A stretch of DNA of 64,000 nucleotides from a virus. Its lineage: Duplodnaviria; Heunggongvirae; Uroviricota; Caudoviricetes. Location of the stretch: the IMG/VR virus record IMGVR_UViG_3300025364_000002; one strand, 5' to 3'. Shown here piece by piece: positions 19,440 to 28,752 of this stretch. Position numbers and translations under genes: made by a program. Position 1 is the stretch's first letter. Each line of letters begins with the position of its first letter. The notes under the pieces are model-generated. The model was not told the DNA's origin, did not search any database, and worked only from the letters and a program-made list of their open reading frames with translations.

Positions 19440-19720
19440 TGACTAGAGAGTATCATCACTTCGTCGAAATGAGAACCACTTTACAATATTAGAGGTTTCT
19501 TAAAGCTTCGGGCACACACTGCATACCACGGGTGACCCATTGTTCGATTTCTGGACTTCCAAATTCAAAGCAGCCTTCCCAGCGGGTCTGAATCCAAGCT
19601 CTAAAAGAAGCAATGCTTTCTTTAGCTGGGTCGCCTTTTCAGGTACCTTGCACACTCCGAACAGAACCCAAAACCAAACCATCGTCCGAACAATAGAAAT
19701 TCGAACATTATTCCTTCTTC

Positions 19721-19749
19721 ACAAAAAAAGGACGCCGAAGCGTCCTTTT
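19721..19749 (-). terminator. Rho-independent terminator (A7-GGACGC-cgaa-GCGTCC-T6)
   Basis: Hairpin and flanking runs read directly at the stop of gene 19750..20478. Confidence 0.6.
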
Positions 19750-20478
19750 TCAGTTGTATTCTGTTCCGCCCTTACGGGTGAGGTAATCACCGCTAACAGA
19801 CTTTAGCTGAACACGGCCAATTTCTTCGCTCCAGCGTTCTACCGTAGGTCGAACAACAACACCCTCACGGATATGCATTTCCTTACCGGAAATAGTCTCG
19901 AAGCCGTCAGTGTACTCGTACAAAACCTTCTTCGAGAAGGGCCCACGGTAAAGCACCGGAACACGCTGAAGACCAAGTCTCTTGCAAGCCGCATCAAGCT
20001 CAGAGTCGTTCAAATAACTGCCAGACCCTGGACGTCCAACATAAATATCAAATACTCTAAAACCGATCTCGACGTCCTTGTCGGCAGAACTGCCATAAGA
20101 AAGGTCCTGAACACCACGTCCAAAAATCTCTCCAAGAACGTAAACCGGCTGTGGATCGAAATCGTGTTTTAGCTGATGACCAAAAGCAAATGAAATACGG
20201 TTGTCCATGTTGTAGTGTCGAGCGACACGCACGTATAGATTCGTCTTGTTGGCTTCGGCATCATACTTCATCGCCAGTCCACGAGCCGAAAGACCCTTGG
20301 ATGAGATAATGAGACGGCCCTCCTCGGGATGGGCATCCCTCGGCGGCATAAGGCCAATCATACACCAGGTGTTATGAACAACAATGCCTTCAGCAATATA
20401 GTTGTTGTTGCCACCATCAATCTCTAAATCATAGAGATCACTATCACTTTCAACATACTCAATCTTAACACAGCGCAT
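19750..20478 (-). CDS. C-terminal half of a fractured Rnl2/Rnl5-family RNA ligase: 36-aa IntC (split-intein C fragment) followed by the C-extein
   Basis: N-terminus MRCVKIEYVESDSDLYDLEIDGGNNNYIAEGIVVHN|T is intein blocks F/G ending HN plus nucleophile T. The extein carries ligase motif III VYVLGEIFG, motif IV EGVVVR and motif V LKSVS. It is in the same frame as ORF 20773..21567. Confidence 0.8.
   Translation of the reverse strand: MRCVKIEYVESDSDLYDLEIDGGNNNYIAEGIVVHNTWCMIGLMPPRDAHPEEGRLIISSKGLSARGLAMKYDAEANKTNLYVRVARHYNMDNRISFAFGHQLKHDFDPQPVYVLGEIFGRGVQDLSYGSSADKDVEIGFRVFDIYVGRPGSGSYLNDSELDAACKRLGLQRVPVLYRGPFSKKVLYEYTDGFETISGKEMHIREGVVVRPTVERWSEEIGRVQLKSVSGDYLTRKGGTEYN
20371..20478 (-). other. 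IntC, split-intein C-terminal fragment (36 aa)
   Basis: Length and sequence style match natural IntC fragments (e.g. DnaE IntC, 36 aa, ending ...N). Confidence 0.75.
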
Positions 20479-20764
20479 TTTTTACTCTTTCTATCGTTTT
20501 TTCTTTTTGATTGTTCCAATCACTTTCCCAAACAATTAGAACTTTGTACCCTCTTTTGAGCAAGGCGGCGGTGCGCCTTTTATCTCTTTTCCATTGTTGC
20601 CCAACAGTCCTGGAAATCCAAGAGCAATATTCGCTTGGGTCGTGAAATTTTGTTGGATTACAATGGAACATATCTCCATAGAATTCCAAGATAACTTTCT
20701 CACTTTTCAACAAGCCGTCTACGATAAACCCTGATATAATTTCTTCACGATTTGACGCCTGCAT
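20465..20764 (-). CDS. Free-standing Vsr-like (very-short-patch-repair fold) homing endonuclease inserted between the intein halves
   Basis: FYGDMFHCNP...WKRDKRRTAALLKRGYKVLIVWESD parallels the Vsr FxDGCFWHxH...RDxxxxxxLxxxGWxVLxVWE pattern; different frame from the flanking exteins. Confidence 0.65.
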   Translation of the reverse strand: MQASNREEIISGFIVDGLLKSEKVILEFYGDMFHCNPTKFHDPSEYCSWISRTVGQQWKRDKRRTAALLKRGYKVLIVWESDWNNQKEKTIERVKNALC

Positions 20765-20772
20765 GGGACTTG

Positions 20773-21567
20773 CTACATGATTGGACTTTCAATATCTTCA
20801 TCAGGCAAAAGTTTGCCAGCTTCCACCCACATTTGTCGGTCACGTGAATAAACGGGGTGATCCTCGGTTAAGGTGAGAGTAGAACCGTTTTCTAAGGTAA
20901 GCTTTACCCATTTTTTATCTTCACTGTTTAGCCGACGCATGCGACCAGTAATAGGTCGCTCAATATATTCCTTGCTTTGTTCATTATAAGATAAAACCGA
21001 CTGAATTGTTTTATCAGCCACTACTTCTGCGATAGACCGCTCGCTTCCATCTACAAGTCGGACCATACTTGCTTCATGCAAGCATCCATGAAGTTTCTCA
21101 GTGAAAACAACCTCTTCACCTTCCTCAAGAATGTGAGGAAAACGCTTAAAATTTTCGATATCGTACTTCAAGGTACGGTCCTGACCAGCAGCGAACACCT
21201 CACCGGAAAGATGGGCCGGAATTGGAGGCTCCCACTTGGTAATTCCAAGAATATTAGCAACATCAGCACCCTCTTGCCACTCAGGACGTGCAGGATACAC
21301 AAGTCCCTGTGAAAGGATGCCACGAAGACGAATGGCCTTTACACGATTCTTTGCCTTTCCGGCAAGCTTACCCTCAAGACCCATTTCACGGAGGAGAGCC
21401 TGAGGAACGACAGCCTGTTCTGGAATGTAGGCAACGAGATCACCGCTCTTAAACTGGTCCTTGCGGACAATTGCTTGGTAATCGCCCACCTGGGCGAGTT
21501 CTAAAGCATCAGCATTGGGGTGTTCAAGAACAGTAATCCGTTCGACAGTTACAGAAAAAGTTGACAT
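20773..21567 (-). CDS. N-terminal half of the fractured RNA ligase: OB-like N-domain, then the nucleotidyltransferase motif I, then a 103-aa IntN
   Basis: ...FTEKLHG|CLHEASMVRLVDGSE...TLTLTEDHPVY...LLPDEDIESPIM*. KxHG is the ligase lysine-adenylylation motif. C1 plus TxxH (block B) is an intein N-fragment. The stop codon directly follows IntN. Confidence 0.8.
   Translation of the reverse strand: MSTFSVTVERITVLEHPNADALELAQVGDYQAIVRKDQFKSGDLVAYIPEQAVVPQALLREMGLEGKLAGKAKNRVKAIRLRGILSQGLVYPARPEWQEGADVANILGITKWEPPIPAHLSGEVFAAGQDRTLKYDIENFKRFPHILEEGEEVVFTEKLHGCLHEASMVRLVDGSERSIAEVVADKTIQSVLSYNEQSKEYIERPITGRMRRLNSEDKKWVKLTLENGSTLTLTEDHPVYSRDRQMWVEAGKLLPDEDIESPIM
20776..21084 (-). other. IntN, split-intein N-terminal fragment (103 aa)
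   Basis: Begins with Cys after KLHG; has block A (CLHEASMV) and block B (TLTLTEDHP). Confidence 0.75.
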
Positions 21568-21838
21568 AAATTCCTCTAATGAGTTGGTTAAGAACCATTA
21601 ATCACTAAGAAGTTATTGACTTAACTTTTCGATTACGAAAACGCCTAAAAATATGAACCCGATGTAACCCCCGACTGACAGAATTATCAGCGGGAACATC
21701 CGCAACACCAGGAGAAACAGAGCTATATAACATATAGCACATGCCACCAAGGATGTAAACACGAAAAGGGTACTTGGTGAATATTTCCTCACGTGTCCCG
21801 CCGGGACACATTTCTGCCCCTCATTTAATAACTAGTTT

Positions 21839-22171
21839 CTAAAAACTTTGCGTACAAAAAGTCTCTTTTGAATTTTCGGTCAAAAAATATTCATGCCAAT
21901 AAGCTTCGCCATTTTCATTAACAAAAGGAGTTACATCAAGCAATTTACGACCAAGCGTGTCAACAAAATAAAGCTTCTCACCAAGCAGTATCAGCCATGG
22001 GTTGTGTAAATCATAGTAATTTATTGCTCGAAAATCTTCACTAGAAGGCTTGAGGTTGATGACCATGAAAAGCGTGTTGGAAAGTACCTTTTTTCCAACT
22101 TCATCTCTGTTGCACGCCACTGGATATACCGTAGCAGTATTGCAGAACCTGAACAATTTCCCAGGTTTCAT
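21839..22171 (-). CDS. Hypothetical protein
   Basis: 110-aa ORF. Confidence 0.4.
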   Translation of the reverse strand: MKPGKLFRFCNTATVYPVACNRDEVGKKVLSNTLFMVINLKPSSEDFRAINYYDLHNPWLILLGEKLYFVDTLGRKLLDVTPFVNENGEAYWHEYFLTENSKETFCTQSF

Positions 22172-22188
22172 GATTACCCCATCAAAAC

Positions 22189-22377
22189 TTACAAAAGATC
22201 GTCGTCATCATCATCTAATGACTCTTCCGATTCAACGTTGACAGTGAGCCCCATATCTTCCAAATCAGAAATGAGCTGCTCTAAGTTTTCTTCATACTCG
22301 CCATCATCCATTTCATCATAATTGATTTCAGTTTGAACCATAAGCGACACTAGCATCTTTTTCATGAGTTTCTCCAA
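22189..22377 (-). CDS. Small acidic protein
   Basis: 62-aa ORF, D/E-rich. Confidence 0.35.
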   Translation of the reverse strand: MEKLMKKMLVSLMVQTEINYDEMDDGEYEENLEQLISDLEDMGLTVNVESEESLDDDDDDLL

Positions 22378-22404
22378 AGTTAAACAAATCTAAGAAATTG
22401 GTTA

Positions 22405-22710
22405 TCAAGACTTGATATTGTACATTTGTTCGTATTTTTGTTTTTGTTCTTTGGTCATATCCTGGTATCTACGAACTGTCTTACCCCTGATGAACTTTCC
22501 ATGATTTTCATTCCATCGAATGGAAGGCTCGTCGAAGGACCCAACGTAATACAACTTCTCAGACTCATCAAACTTAAACATAGTCTGATCAGAATTAAAA
22601 CGACCAAAAATTTTAACAATTTTTATTTTCTTGTTTCCTTTTTGATGCTTGGTCTTGAATTTGATGCCAGCTCGCTTGAGCATTTCAGTGAATTGTTTAA
22701 AATCAGTCAT
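22405..22710 (-). CDS. Small basic hypothetical protein
   Basis: 101-aa ORF. Confidence 0.4.
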   Translation of the reverse strand: MTDFKQFTEMLKRAGIKFKTKHQKGNKKIKIVKIFGRFNSDQTMFKFDESEKLYYVGSFDEPSIRWNENHGKFIRGKTVRRYQDMTKEQKQKYEQMYNIKS

Positions 22711-22712
22711 GC

Positions 22713-23069
22713 TTAAAAAACAAAGTTAAGTGCTATAAATTTGGCTTGATCACCGAACCAAATAACTGGATGTTTGCCGTCTTTGATTGGCCAAGGAGTA
22801 TTGTTTAGGTGTGTTCTAATCAGATCAAGTTCGGAACCATTGGCAACAACCATAATCTGCTCTGCATTCAGAATAAATTGCCCAGGGCCCGGTTCTTCCT
22901 TTTGTTTTTCAGTCTTTTTTGATTTAAGGATGTCAGCTCTAAATGGATTTTCTTCTCCCGCTTCCCAGGAGAAGGTAACGGCCTGATTAATTTCGTCTGT
23001 GGACATCTTTCTATGAAAGCGTTTAAGTCTAAGTGCCGAATTAGGCCAAATTTGAACGGTGATGGTCAT
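22713..23069 (-). CDS. Hypothetical protein
   Basis: 118-aa ORF. Confidence 0.45.
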   Translation of the reverse strand: MTITVQIWPNSALRLKRFHRKMSTDEINQAVTFSWEAGEENPFRADILKSKKTEKQKEEPGPGQFILNAEQIMVVANGSELDLIRTHLNNTPWPIKDGKHPVIWFGDQAKFIALNFVF

Positions 23070-23467
23070 TAGCCCTTACCTTTGTTAGATGGCGACAATG
23101 CCAACAAACGAAATTTTCTCATGTCTTTTCTGATTTTTTTAATCAATTTTTGAGTTCTCTTAGAAGGAGACTTGGTAAGAAATCCTCTGCCCCGAAACTT
23201 ATCATAGTCTGGCAATCTGGTAAACTGTGTTGCAGTAATGTCAACCACTTCACCAGTTTTACGATGTTTTAAAAGCCAATGTATATCACCCTCATGTCTA
23301 AGAGTTCCAGGCTTCCACTCTGAACTATTGTTACAAAGATGATAAAAAGCTTCAGAAGCAACATAGCAGTGACCTTTCAGTTGATTTGATTCGCCTCTGT
23401 ATTTGGGCTTTCTCAAATCATCTGAAAGGTTCTTTTTAATAAGCCTGATTATTGTTTCGTTTTTCAC
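23069..23467 (-). CDS. Hypothetical basic protein
   Basis: 132-aa ORF. Confidence 0.45.
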   Translation of the reverse strand: MKNETIIRLIKKNLSDDLRKPKYRGESNQLKGHCYVASEAFYHLCNNSSEWKPGTLRHEGDIHWLLKHRKTGEVVDITATQFTRLPDYDKFRGRGFLTKSPSKRTQKLIKKIRKDMRKFRLLALSPSNKGKG

Positions 23468-24372
23468 TTCTTTTTTGGAAAGAATTTGCTAAGTCGTCGC
23501 ATCGTGCTTGCAAGTTGGCGCATTCTTCGACGACTATCATCATACCATTCACGATCCAGTCGCTCACGTTGGCCCATCCGCTTTACAACCTCATTGAGGA
23601 AATCGATTGTGTTGTGTACGTCTGTAGAAATGTCAATCCACTCTTGAGTAAACTGAACCTCTTTAGCAGTTTTTCGTTCTTTACGTCTCCTTTTCTCTAT
23701 ATCTTTAACAGTGACACCCAGCTCTTCGGCCAATTCTTTCTTGCACCTATTGGCCCGCCTTCGCTGAATTTTCAGCAAGTTTTTGCGGTACCATTCAAGA
23801 CAAAGTTGAAATTCATTTATTTGTTCAATATTCTCAAAATTAGTATATATTTGCTCGACCCTCGGTATAGAACGGCCATAAACTTTGTTGAGAATGTCTT
23901 CAGGAATTTCAGGGGGAGAACGCAACTGACGAATTTTTCGATTTGCGGGAGTGTCTGCAAGGTCGTTGGTGATTTCCAAATCAGGAAAATCCTCTTTCAT
24001 CACTGACAAAACATGGCGCTTATTAAAACTCCAAAGATTCAACTTTTCGTCAAACCCCCATTTCTGGGAAAAAACCATCCATTCATCTGGCGGATCATCC
24101 ACATGGCGAATTAATCGCCACGGACGTTCTTTGAGCTTTTTTCCAAAGCCTTGCCTGTGAGTTTCAGTCGGATGAAGCTTTAAAACGAAATCACCAACCC
24201 GCCGTTCAATATGTTTTCGATCTGGCCAAGGCGACCAAGGAAGTTCACCAAATTCAGGTCTTGGATTGAGTCTGCAATCTAGGTCATCAAGATTATATGG
24301 AATGTGAAATGCAAAAGTTCTTCCCTCACGGAAGTGAGGCACTTCTACCAATTCTTCTTTGTAGTGTGACAC
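23464..24372 (-). CDS. Hypothetical protein with basic C-terminus
   Basis: 302-aa ORF. Confidence 0.5.
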   Translation of the reverse strand: MSHYKEELVEVPHFREGRTFAFHIPYNLDDLDCRLNPRPEFGELPWSPWPDRKHIERRVGDFVLKLHPTETHRQGFGKKLKERPWRLIRHVDDPPDEWMVFSQKWGFDEKLNLWSFNKRHVLSVMKEDFPDLEITNDLADTPANRKIRQLRSPPEIPEDILNKVYGRSIPRVEQIYTNFENIEQINEFQLCLEWYRKNLLKIQRRRANRCKKELAEELGVTVKDIEKRRRKERKTAKEVQFTQEWIDISTDVHNTIDFLNEVVKRMGQRERLDREWYDDSRRRMRQLASTMRRLSKFFPKKK

Positions 24373-24569
24373 ATATCCCCCTAGAGGTTAGGGTTTATTG
24401 CTTAGGTTTCGGACAAAGTATAGCATGAACCTGATCGCCTTCGAACCCATTGGGCAATTTATCAACATCGTTCTTATCTTCGAGATATATTTCCCAGCAA
24501 AATACACCATTTGATGTTGTCCCGGAACCAACAGCCCATGCAGACTTTGCTCCGTTTTCTCTGCAATGT

Positions 24570-24917
24570 TCAAAAAGTCTCTGATGAGGTGCTTTTAGCA
24601 TTTTCGGATTTAGTCTGCTCTTTTTCTTTAGCTTTTTCATACTTTAAAGCTCTCTCTGCCGCTCTTTTATGTTCAGAAATGGCATATGCCTCCTGACTAA
24701 GAACGGTGAACACCAGGGGATATCCTGCCAATTTACCATTTGTCTCTTTCAAGACAACTTCTTTGAATTCACTATTTTCAAGGTAAATTCTCATACGCCT
24801 ATTACGGCTACCATCGCCTTCAATTGCAGCCCCCCAAGCATCATTACCAATTTTCTTATTGAGGGCGAAGAATGCCTTTTCCCAATCTTCTAAGTTTTCG
24901 AATTTGCGTCCATCCAT
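24570..24917 (-). CDS. Hypothetical protein
   Basis: 115-aa ORF. Confidence 0.4.
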   Translation of the reverse strand: MDGRKFENLEDWEKAFFALNKKIGNDAWGAAIEGDGSRNRRMRIYLENSEFKEVVLKETNGKLAGYPLVFTVLSQEAYAISEHKRAAERALKYEKAKEKEQTKSENAKSTSSETF

Positions 24918-25147
24918 CAGCTGTCCATATTTTTTTCTTTTAAGCCAGCAAACACTGGATATCCGTCTACTTCCTTGGGAAGTGCTTCTACCAATTCACG
25001 GGAGTAGAGTTGCGCAGCAATCGCATATTTTCCGTTGGAAAGATTTATAGTGATATCAAAATCGGCTACTTTCTTCTTAAAGTGTGCCAAAAAAGCTTCT
25101 TCTAGTTTGCTCTTTGCCTCTTGTACGCCAACAATACTATTGTTCAT
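24917..25147 (-). CDS. Hypothetical protein
   Basis: 76-aa ORF. Confidence 0.4.
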   Translation of the reverse strand: MNNSIVGVQEAKSKLEEAFLAHFKKKVADFDITINLSNGKYAIAAQLYSRELVEALPKEVDGYPVFAGLKEKNMDS

Positions 25148-25149
25148 AA

Positions 25150-25479
25150 TCAGCTCAACTTGTCTGGGTCAAATGGCTCATACTCAATTTGAGCCCTTGC
25201 CACCTGGCATTTACCTGCGCAATAATACTTTTTCCAAATATCTCCACTTTCTTCACCTTTACCGGACAAGGTAAAAAGAATCATTGGATACTTGGTTGAA
25301 AGTGCCCTCATATCTTCATCGTGTCGATACCACTTTATGCTATCGCCGTAACCTTTCGCAACTTCCTTAATTATTTCCCACTTTTCATCCTTGGCAAGCT
25401 CCTCTTCAAAGACCGATGAAAAACGATCCTCGTGAGCCAGAAAGCGGTATTCCAATTCGTAATTTGTATAATATCCCAT
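25150..25479 (-). CDS. Hypothetical protein
   Basis: 109-aa ORF. Confidence 0.45.
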   Translation of the reverse strand: MGYYTNYELEYRFLAHEDRFSSVFEEELAKDEKWEIIKEVAKGYGDSIKWYRHDEDMRALSTKYPMILFTLSGKGEESGDIWKKYYCAGKCQVARAQIEYEPFDPDKLS

Positions 25480-25745
25480 TAATTCATATCTCCGTGGGCT
25501 GGGATTTCTCCAGTTGCCATTATATGTTCATAAATGGCGTTCTGTACGGCTTTTTGATAACGTTCAGTTATTTCTTTTTGGGCTGCTTCTTGTTTACGAG
25601 TTTCGGCCTCGATGTTTGCCTTATACTCATCAAGAATTTTATTAAGTTTTTTTGTAAGGAATTTTGGCGAAGTATACACGCTAGTCAAATATCCCAAAAT
25701 AAACGAGAAAAGTCCAACAACTACAGTTATTAGAATATAAATCAT
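25479..25745 (-). CDS. Membrane-anchored hypothetical protein
   Basis: N-terminal TM helix. Confidence 0.4.
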   Translation of the reverse strand: MIYILITVVVGLFSFILGYLTSVYTSPKFLTKKLNKILDEYKANIEAETRKQEAAQKEITERYQKAVQNAIYEHIMATGEIPAHGDMN

Positions 25746-25981
25746 CAGTTGGCTTCCATGTGACCCTTTTCGATAAGTTGAAACCTTCTCATTTCTTCAT
25801 GATGGCGATTGGATTCTTTCATACAAGAATTCATTCCAAAAAACATCATTGAAACAAGTCCGATTAGAATTGTTCCTCTTGTCAGAGTTCCAATTATTTC
25901 TCCTGCGTCAATGTTCATTTTCCGACTCTTCCGTTTTATATTGTTTACTGCTCCAAACTGGTCTAAAACCTTCTTCCACAA
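25745..25981 (-). CDS. Small membrane protein
   Basis: 78-aa ORF with hydrophobic segment. Confidence 0.35.
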   Translation of the reverse strand: MWKKVLDQFGAVNNIKRKSRKMNIDAGEIIGTLTRGTILIGLVSMMFFGMNSCMKESNRHHEEMRRFQLIEKGHMEAN

Positions 25982-26279
25982 TCAAACACTCTGCCTTTAG
26001 CCATGCTTCCTCAAAGGAAAATCGGGTTCTCGAAAGAAAATCGTCAGTTCTTGATGAAGGCATGGGCTCATATTCAAACTGACCTTTTTTGTTCAGTACG
26101 TACATGTTATCCATGACAATCACCCATTTATCCGGCCCACGCCATTCAATGCCAACTTGAGGCTGAATGCCCTTTTTAACCTGCTGTTCTCTTTCAGCAA
26201 GAACATTTGTTCTTGCGCATTCGAGCATCTTTTCTGACTGCGCTTTAGACATAAAATTCTCCTCGGTCATTGTTTCCAC
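25908..26279 (-). CDS. Hypothetical protein
   Basis: 123-aa ORF. Confidence 0.4.
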   Translation of the reverse strand: METMTEENFMSKAQSEKMLECARTNVLAEREQQVKKGIQPQVGIEWRGPDKWVIVMDNMYVLNKKGQFEYEPMPSSRTDDFLSRTRFSFEEAWLKAECLIVEEGFRPVWSSKQYKTEESENEH

Positions 26280-26445
26280 CGGTCGAAATAACCTCTAAAC
26301 CACGCTTCTCACAATAAGACTTTACTTGCGAGTCAAATTTCTTGGTAATCTTCATGACTCCATTTCGATCAATTCTTGAAGAAGCGTCAAAAACAAGTCG
26401 ATCAGACCGAACGTCAATCGGTTCCATTTTTATCCCTCGCTTCAA
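26245..26445 (-). CDS. Small hypothetical protein
   Basis: 66-aa ORF. Confidence 0.35.
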   Translation of the reverse strand: MKRGIKMEPIDVRSDRLVFDASSRIDRNGVMKITKKFDSQVKSYCEKRGLEVISTGGNNDRGEFYV

Positions 26446-26701
26446 AGTAAATGTCCATTAGGTACATCAGCTGTTCTCCATTGTCACCATCGCCACCTAC
26501 CGCCCAACAAAAATAGTCGTCATTGAAAATGAAATCTAAGGTGGCAATAGCTTCCATCAGAGCTATGGATTCTGGATGATGCTCTGCTCCAGTTTCCCAG
26601 CGTTTGTTAACATCGGTTTCAATATTAACAAGGCTATATGGAACAGTTTCGGCAAGTTGCTTCTGCCAATATTCTTTTTTAAGAATATCTTCTGCTTTCA
26701 T
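26414..26701 (-). CDS. Hypothetical protein
   Basis: 95-aa ORF. Confidence 0.4.
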   Translation of the reverse strand: MKAEDILKKEYWQKQLAETVPYSLVNIETDVNKRWETGAEHHPESIALMEAIATLDFIFNDDYFCWAVGGDGDNGEQLMYLMDIYFEARDKNGTD

Positions 26702-26723
26702 GACAAGTCTTCGTTGAGGTTAA

Positions 26724-26807
26724 TACCCAGGGTGGGACTCGAACCCACAAGGGCTTGCGCCCGGAAGATTTTGAATCTCCTACGTATGCCAATTCCGTCA
26801 CCTGGGC
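26724..26807 (-). tRNA. tRNA-Leu(CAA), type II with long variable arm
   Basis: Cloverleaf folded by hand: acceptor GCCCAGG/CCTGGGT, anticodon stem GGAGA/TCTTC with loop TTCAAAA (anticodon CAA), variable arm CGGGCGCAAGCCCTTG, T-arm GTGGG-TTCGAGT-CCCAC, discriminator A; 84 nt, CCA not encoded. Confidence 0.8.
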
Positions 26808-26810
26808 ATG

Positions 26811-27143
26811 CTACTTAGTTTTTTTTGTTGCCGAAGCCAGTACATCTTCGAAAATTTTCAGTAGAGTTTTTGAAGATAAACCTTCATCATTTTCCATATC
26901 ATATGGTTCTTTTGAATCTGTTAAAGGAGACAACTTATCAGAAAGTTTTTTCTCGGCTGCTGCCCTTTCTTCAGCTCTGATTGCCATTTCACGGCAAGCT
27001 AATGCAAAAGCATCTTCTATCTTGGTTTTGTCAAGAGACACGCCAGACAGAACAAAGCGTGTTGCCACATCCGGGTCCATTTTTTCCATGCATGCTTTGA
27101 TAAAAGCAGCGTCAAGATCTTGAACATCATCTACAAACTTCAT
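26811..27143 (-). CDS. Hypothetical protein
   Basis: 110-aa ORF. Confidence 0.4.
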   Translation of the reverse strand: MKFVDDVQDLDAAFIKACMEKMDPDVATRFVLSGVSLDKTKIEDAFALACREMAIRAEERAAAEKKLSDKLSPLTDSKEPYDMENDEGLSSKTLLKIFEDVLASATKKTK

Positions 27144-27180
27144 ATTGATATGAATATACCCTCTCTTATATGTGTATTTA

Positions 27181-27684
27181 TTACTCTGCCAAGATTTCGA
27201 ACATATTCTCGATCTCTTCTTTAATCTTGGCTTTTTGCTGAGACCTGATCATGTATCCCCATTTGCGCTGGGTGGTGCGCATAATATTGACCCATACAGC
27301 CTTTTCGTCAGTTAGGAGCTGCCCTCTAACGTAAACGTAACCATCATCCGCACGAAACTGTGCCGCTTCAACAAACATTACAGTCTTTTCCTTGTGAAGG
27401 AACTGATCTGACTGTGCAAAGGAATTACCCGCTCCAGCACCGCCCTGTAACATAAAGGCATTAAAATTATCTTCACCGCCAGTTTCTACGATATCCTCTT
27501 CAAGAGAGTAATAAAGATCCTGTTTCGTTTTTAGCAGGGTGCCCTTCTTGAAGGTCTTAATCTGCGGAATAATACGAAACATCTTTACTCGGGTTGGCTC
27601 GTACTCTTCTTCATTCATATAGTACCCATCCTTACCTGTCGTTTTAGACTCCCGTTTATTCCTAGGAATGTCTATAACAATCAA
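27181..27684 (-). CDS. Hypothetical protein
   Basis: 167-aa ORF. Confidence 0.45.
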   Translation of the reverse strand: MIVIDIPRNKRESKTTGKDGYYMNEEEYEPTRVKMFRIIPQIKTFKKGTLLKTKQDLYYSLEEDIVETGGEDNFNAFMLQGGAGAGNSFAQSDQFLHKEKTVMFVEAAQFRADDGYVYVRGQLLTDEKAVWVNIMRTTQRKWGYMIRSQQKAKIKEEIENMFEILAE

Positions 27685-27770
27685 GACTGAACACTTCTAT
27701 ACAGTGGTTTCGCTTTTATGCTCCTACAGCATAGCATAGCTTGGATTGGTTCTGAACCTGCTCAGGTTTC

Positions 27771-27989
27771 CTACCGACGTCCAGTAGTTCGAAGCCGTTT
27801 TGCCTCCTCAAGCATTTCCTCCACAGTCCATCTTTTGGGCTTCGCAGGAGCCTCAGCCTTTTTATGTGTTACGTACGGCTTATTACTTGTAGCCATTTCT
27901 TCAAGCTTGCTTGCCATTTCACAACGATGGCACTGCTGCCCAAAGCCTTTGTGCCCACAAGAAAAACGTTTACGATTGCCACTTGCCAT
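27771..27989 (-). CDS. Small zinc-ribbon protein
   Basis: CGHKGFGQQCHRC motif in 72 aa. Confidence 0.4.
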   Translation of the reverse strand: MASGNRKRFSCGHKGFGQQCHRCEMASKLEEMATSNKPYVTHKKAEAPAKPKRWTVEEMLEEAKRLRTTGRR

Positions 27990-28041
27990 TTATTGTACCC
28001 CTACCTTATCTTAGAATATTAATCTAATTTTCTTTATCGAA

Positions 28042-28383
28042 TTAAGCCCCTGAAATCATCTTTGCAAATGAAATAGCATAAATCCATCCTGTTTCGCTCG
28101 GTTCAAAACGAGCTACAGGCGAATTGCCAATCTTCAAAAAGTGAGGATCCAAACACTTAGACTTGACACCACGATCAAGAATTGATTTATCCTCGTACAC
28201 AAGGATTTTGTTGCCACCATGATTGAAACAATCGGGATAGTTTGCTTCAACTACCGCAACCTTGCCAAAGTCAAGTCGTCTTTTTACTTTAAAACTGTAT
28301 TTGTCAGGATACCCATCATTCACAGGTGTTCCACCCCAACTATAACTTGGTAAATCATCCGAAAACATTTTTTTGAATCCCAC
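28042..28383 (-). CDS. Hypothetical protein
   Basis: 113-aa ORF. Confidence 0.45.
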   Translation of the reverse strand: MGFKKMFSDDLPSYSWGGTPVNDGYPDKYSFKVKRRLDFGKVAVVEANYPDCFNHGGNKILVYEDKSILDRGVKSKCLDPHFLKIGNSPVARFEPSETGWIYAISFAKMISGA

Positions 28384-28385
28384 GA

Positions 28386-28718
28386 TTACTCCGCTTCGGC
28401 TTTGGGGTTATCAACTGGTTCAGGATCGAGAGTCCATCTCATAAAAGATTGAATTCTAATCTCTTCTCCAAACTTTTTGTTCTGCTCATCCAAAACTTGG
28501 ATAACCTGTTTTGAATCATCAAAAAGCCAGGATTGCTCTAGCAGAGCATCAACACTCTCAGGTGCATTACTAGCAATATGCATTAGCATATTATCAACAA
28601 AAGTTAAAAACTCACTATTTCGTGCAACAAAATCAGTATTGCAAGAAACCTCAATAAGCACGGCAAGACGATTGTTATGGTATTGGTATGTTCGAATTAC
28701 ACCTTCACGCTTAGTCAT
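28386..28718 (-). CDS. Hypothetical protein
   Basis: 110-aa ORF. Confidence 0.45.
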   Translation of the reverse strand: MTKREGVIRTYQYHNNRLAVLIEVSCNTDFVARNSEFLTFVDNMLMHIASNAPESVDALLEQSWLFDDSKQVIQVLDEQNKKFGEEIRIQSFMRWTLDPEPVDNPKAEAE

Positions 28719-28752
28719 TTAATACCTCCGATATGTACCACAAGCCGTTACT

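Noticed and set aside
24388-24640. Overlapping small minus ORFs 24388..24573 and 24395..24640
   Set aside because: Mutually overlapping in different frames and overlapping 24570..24917; could not decide which, if either, is real
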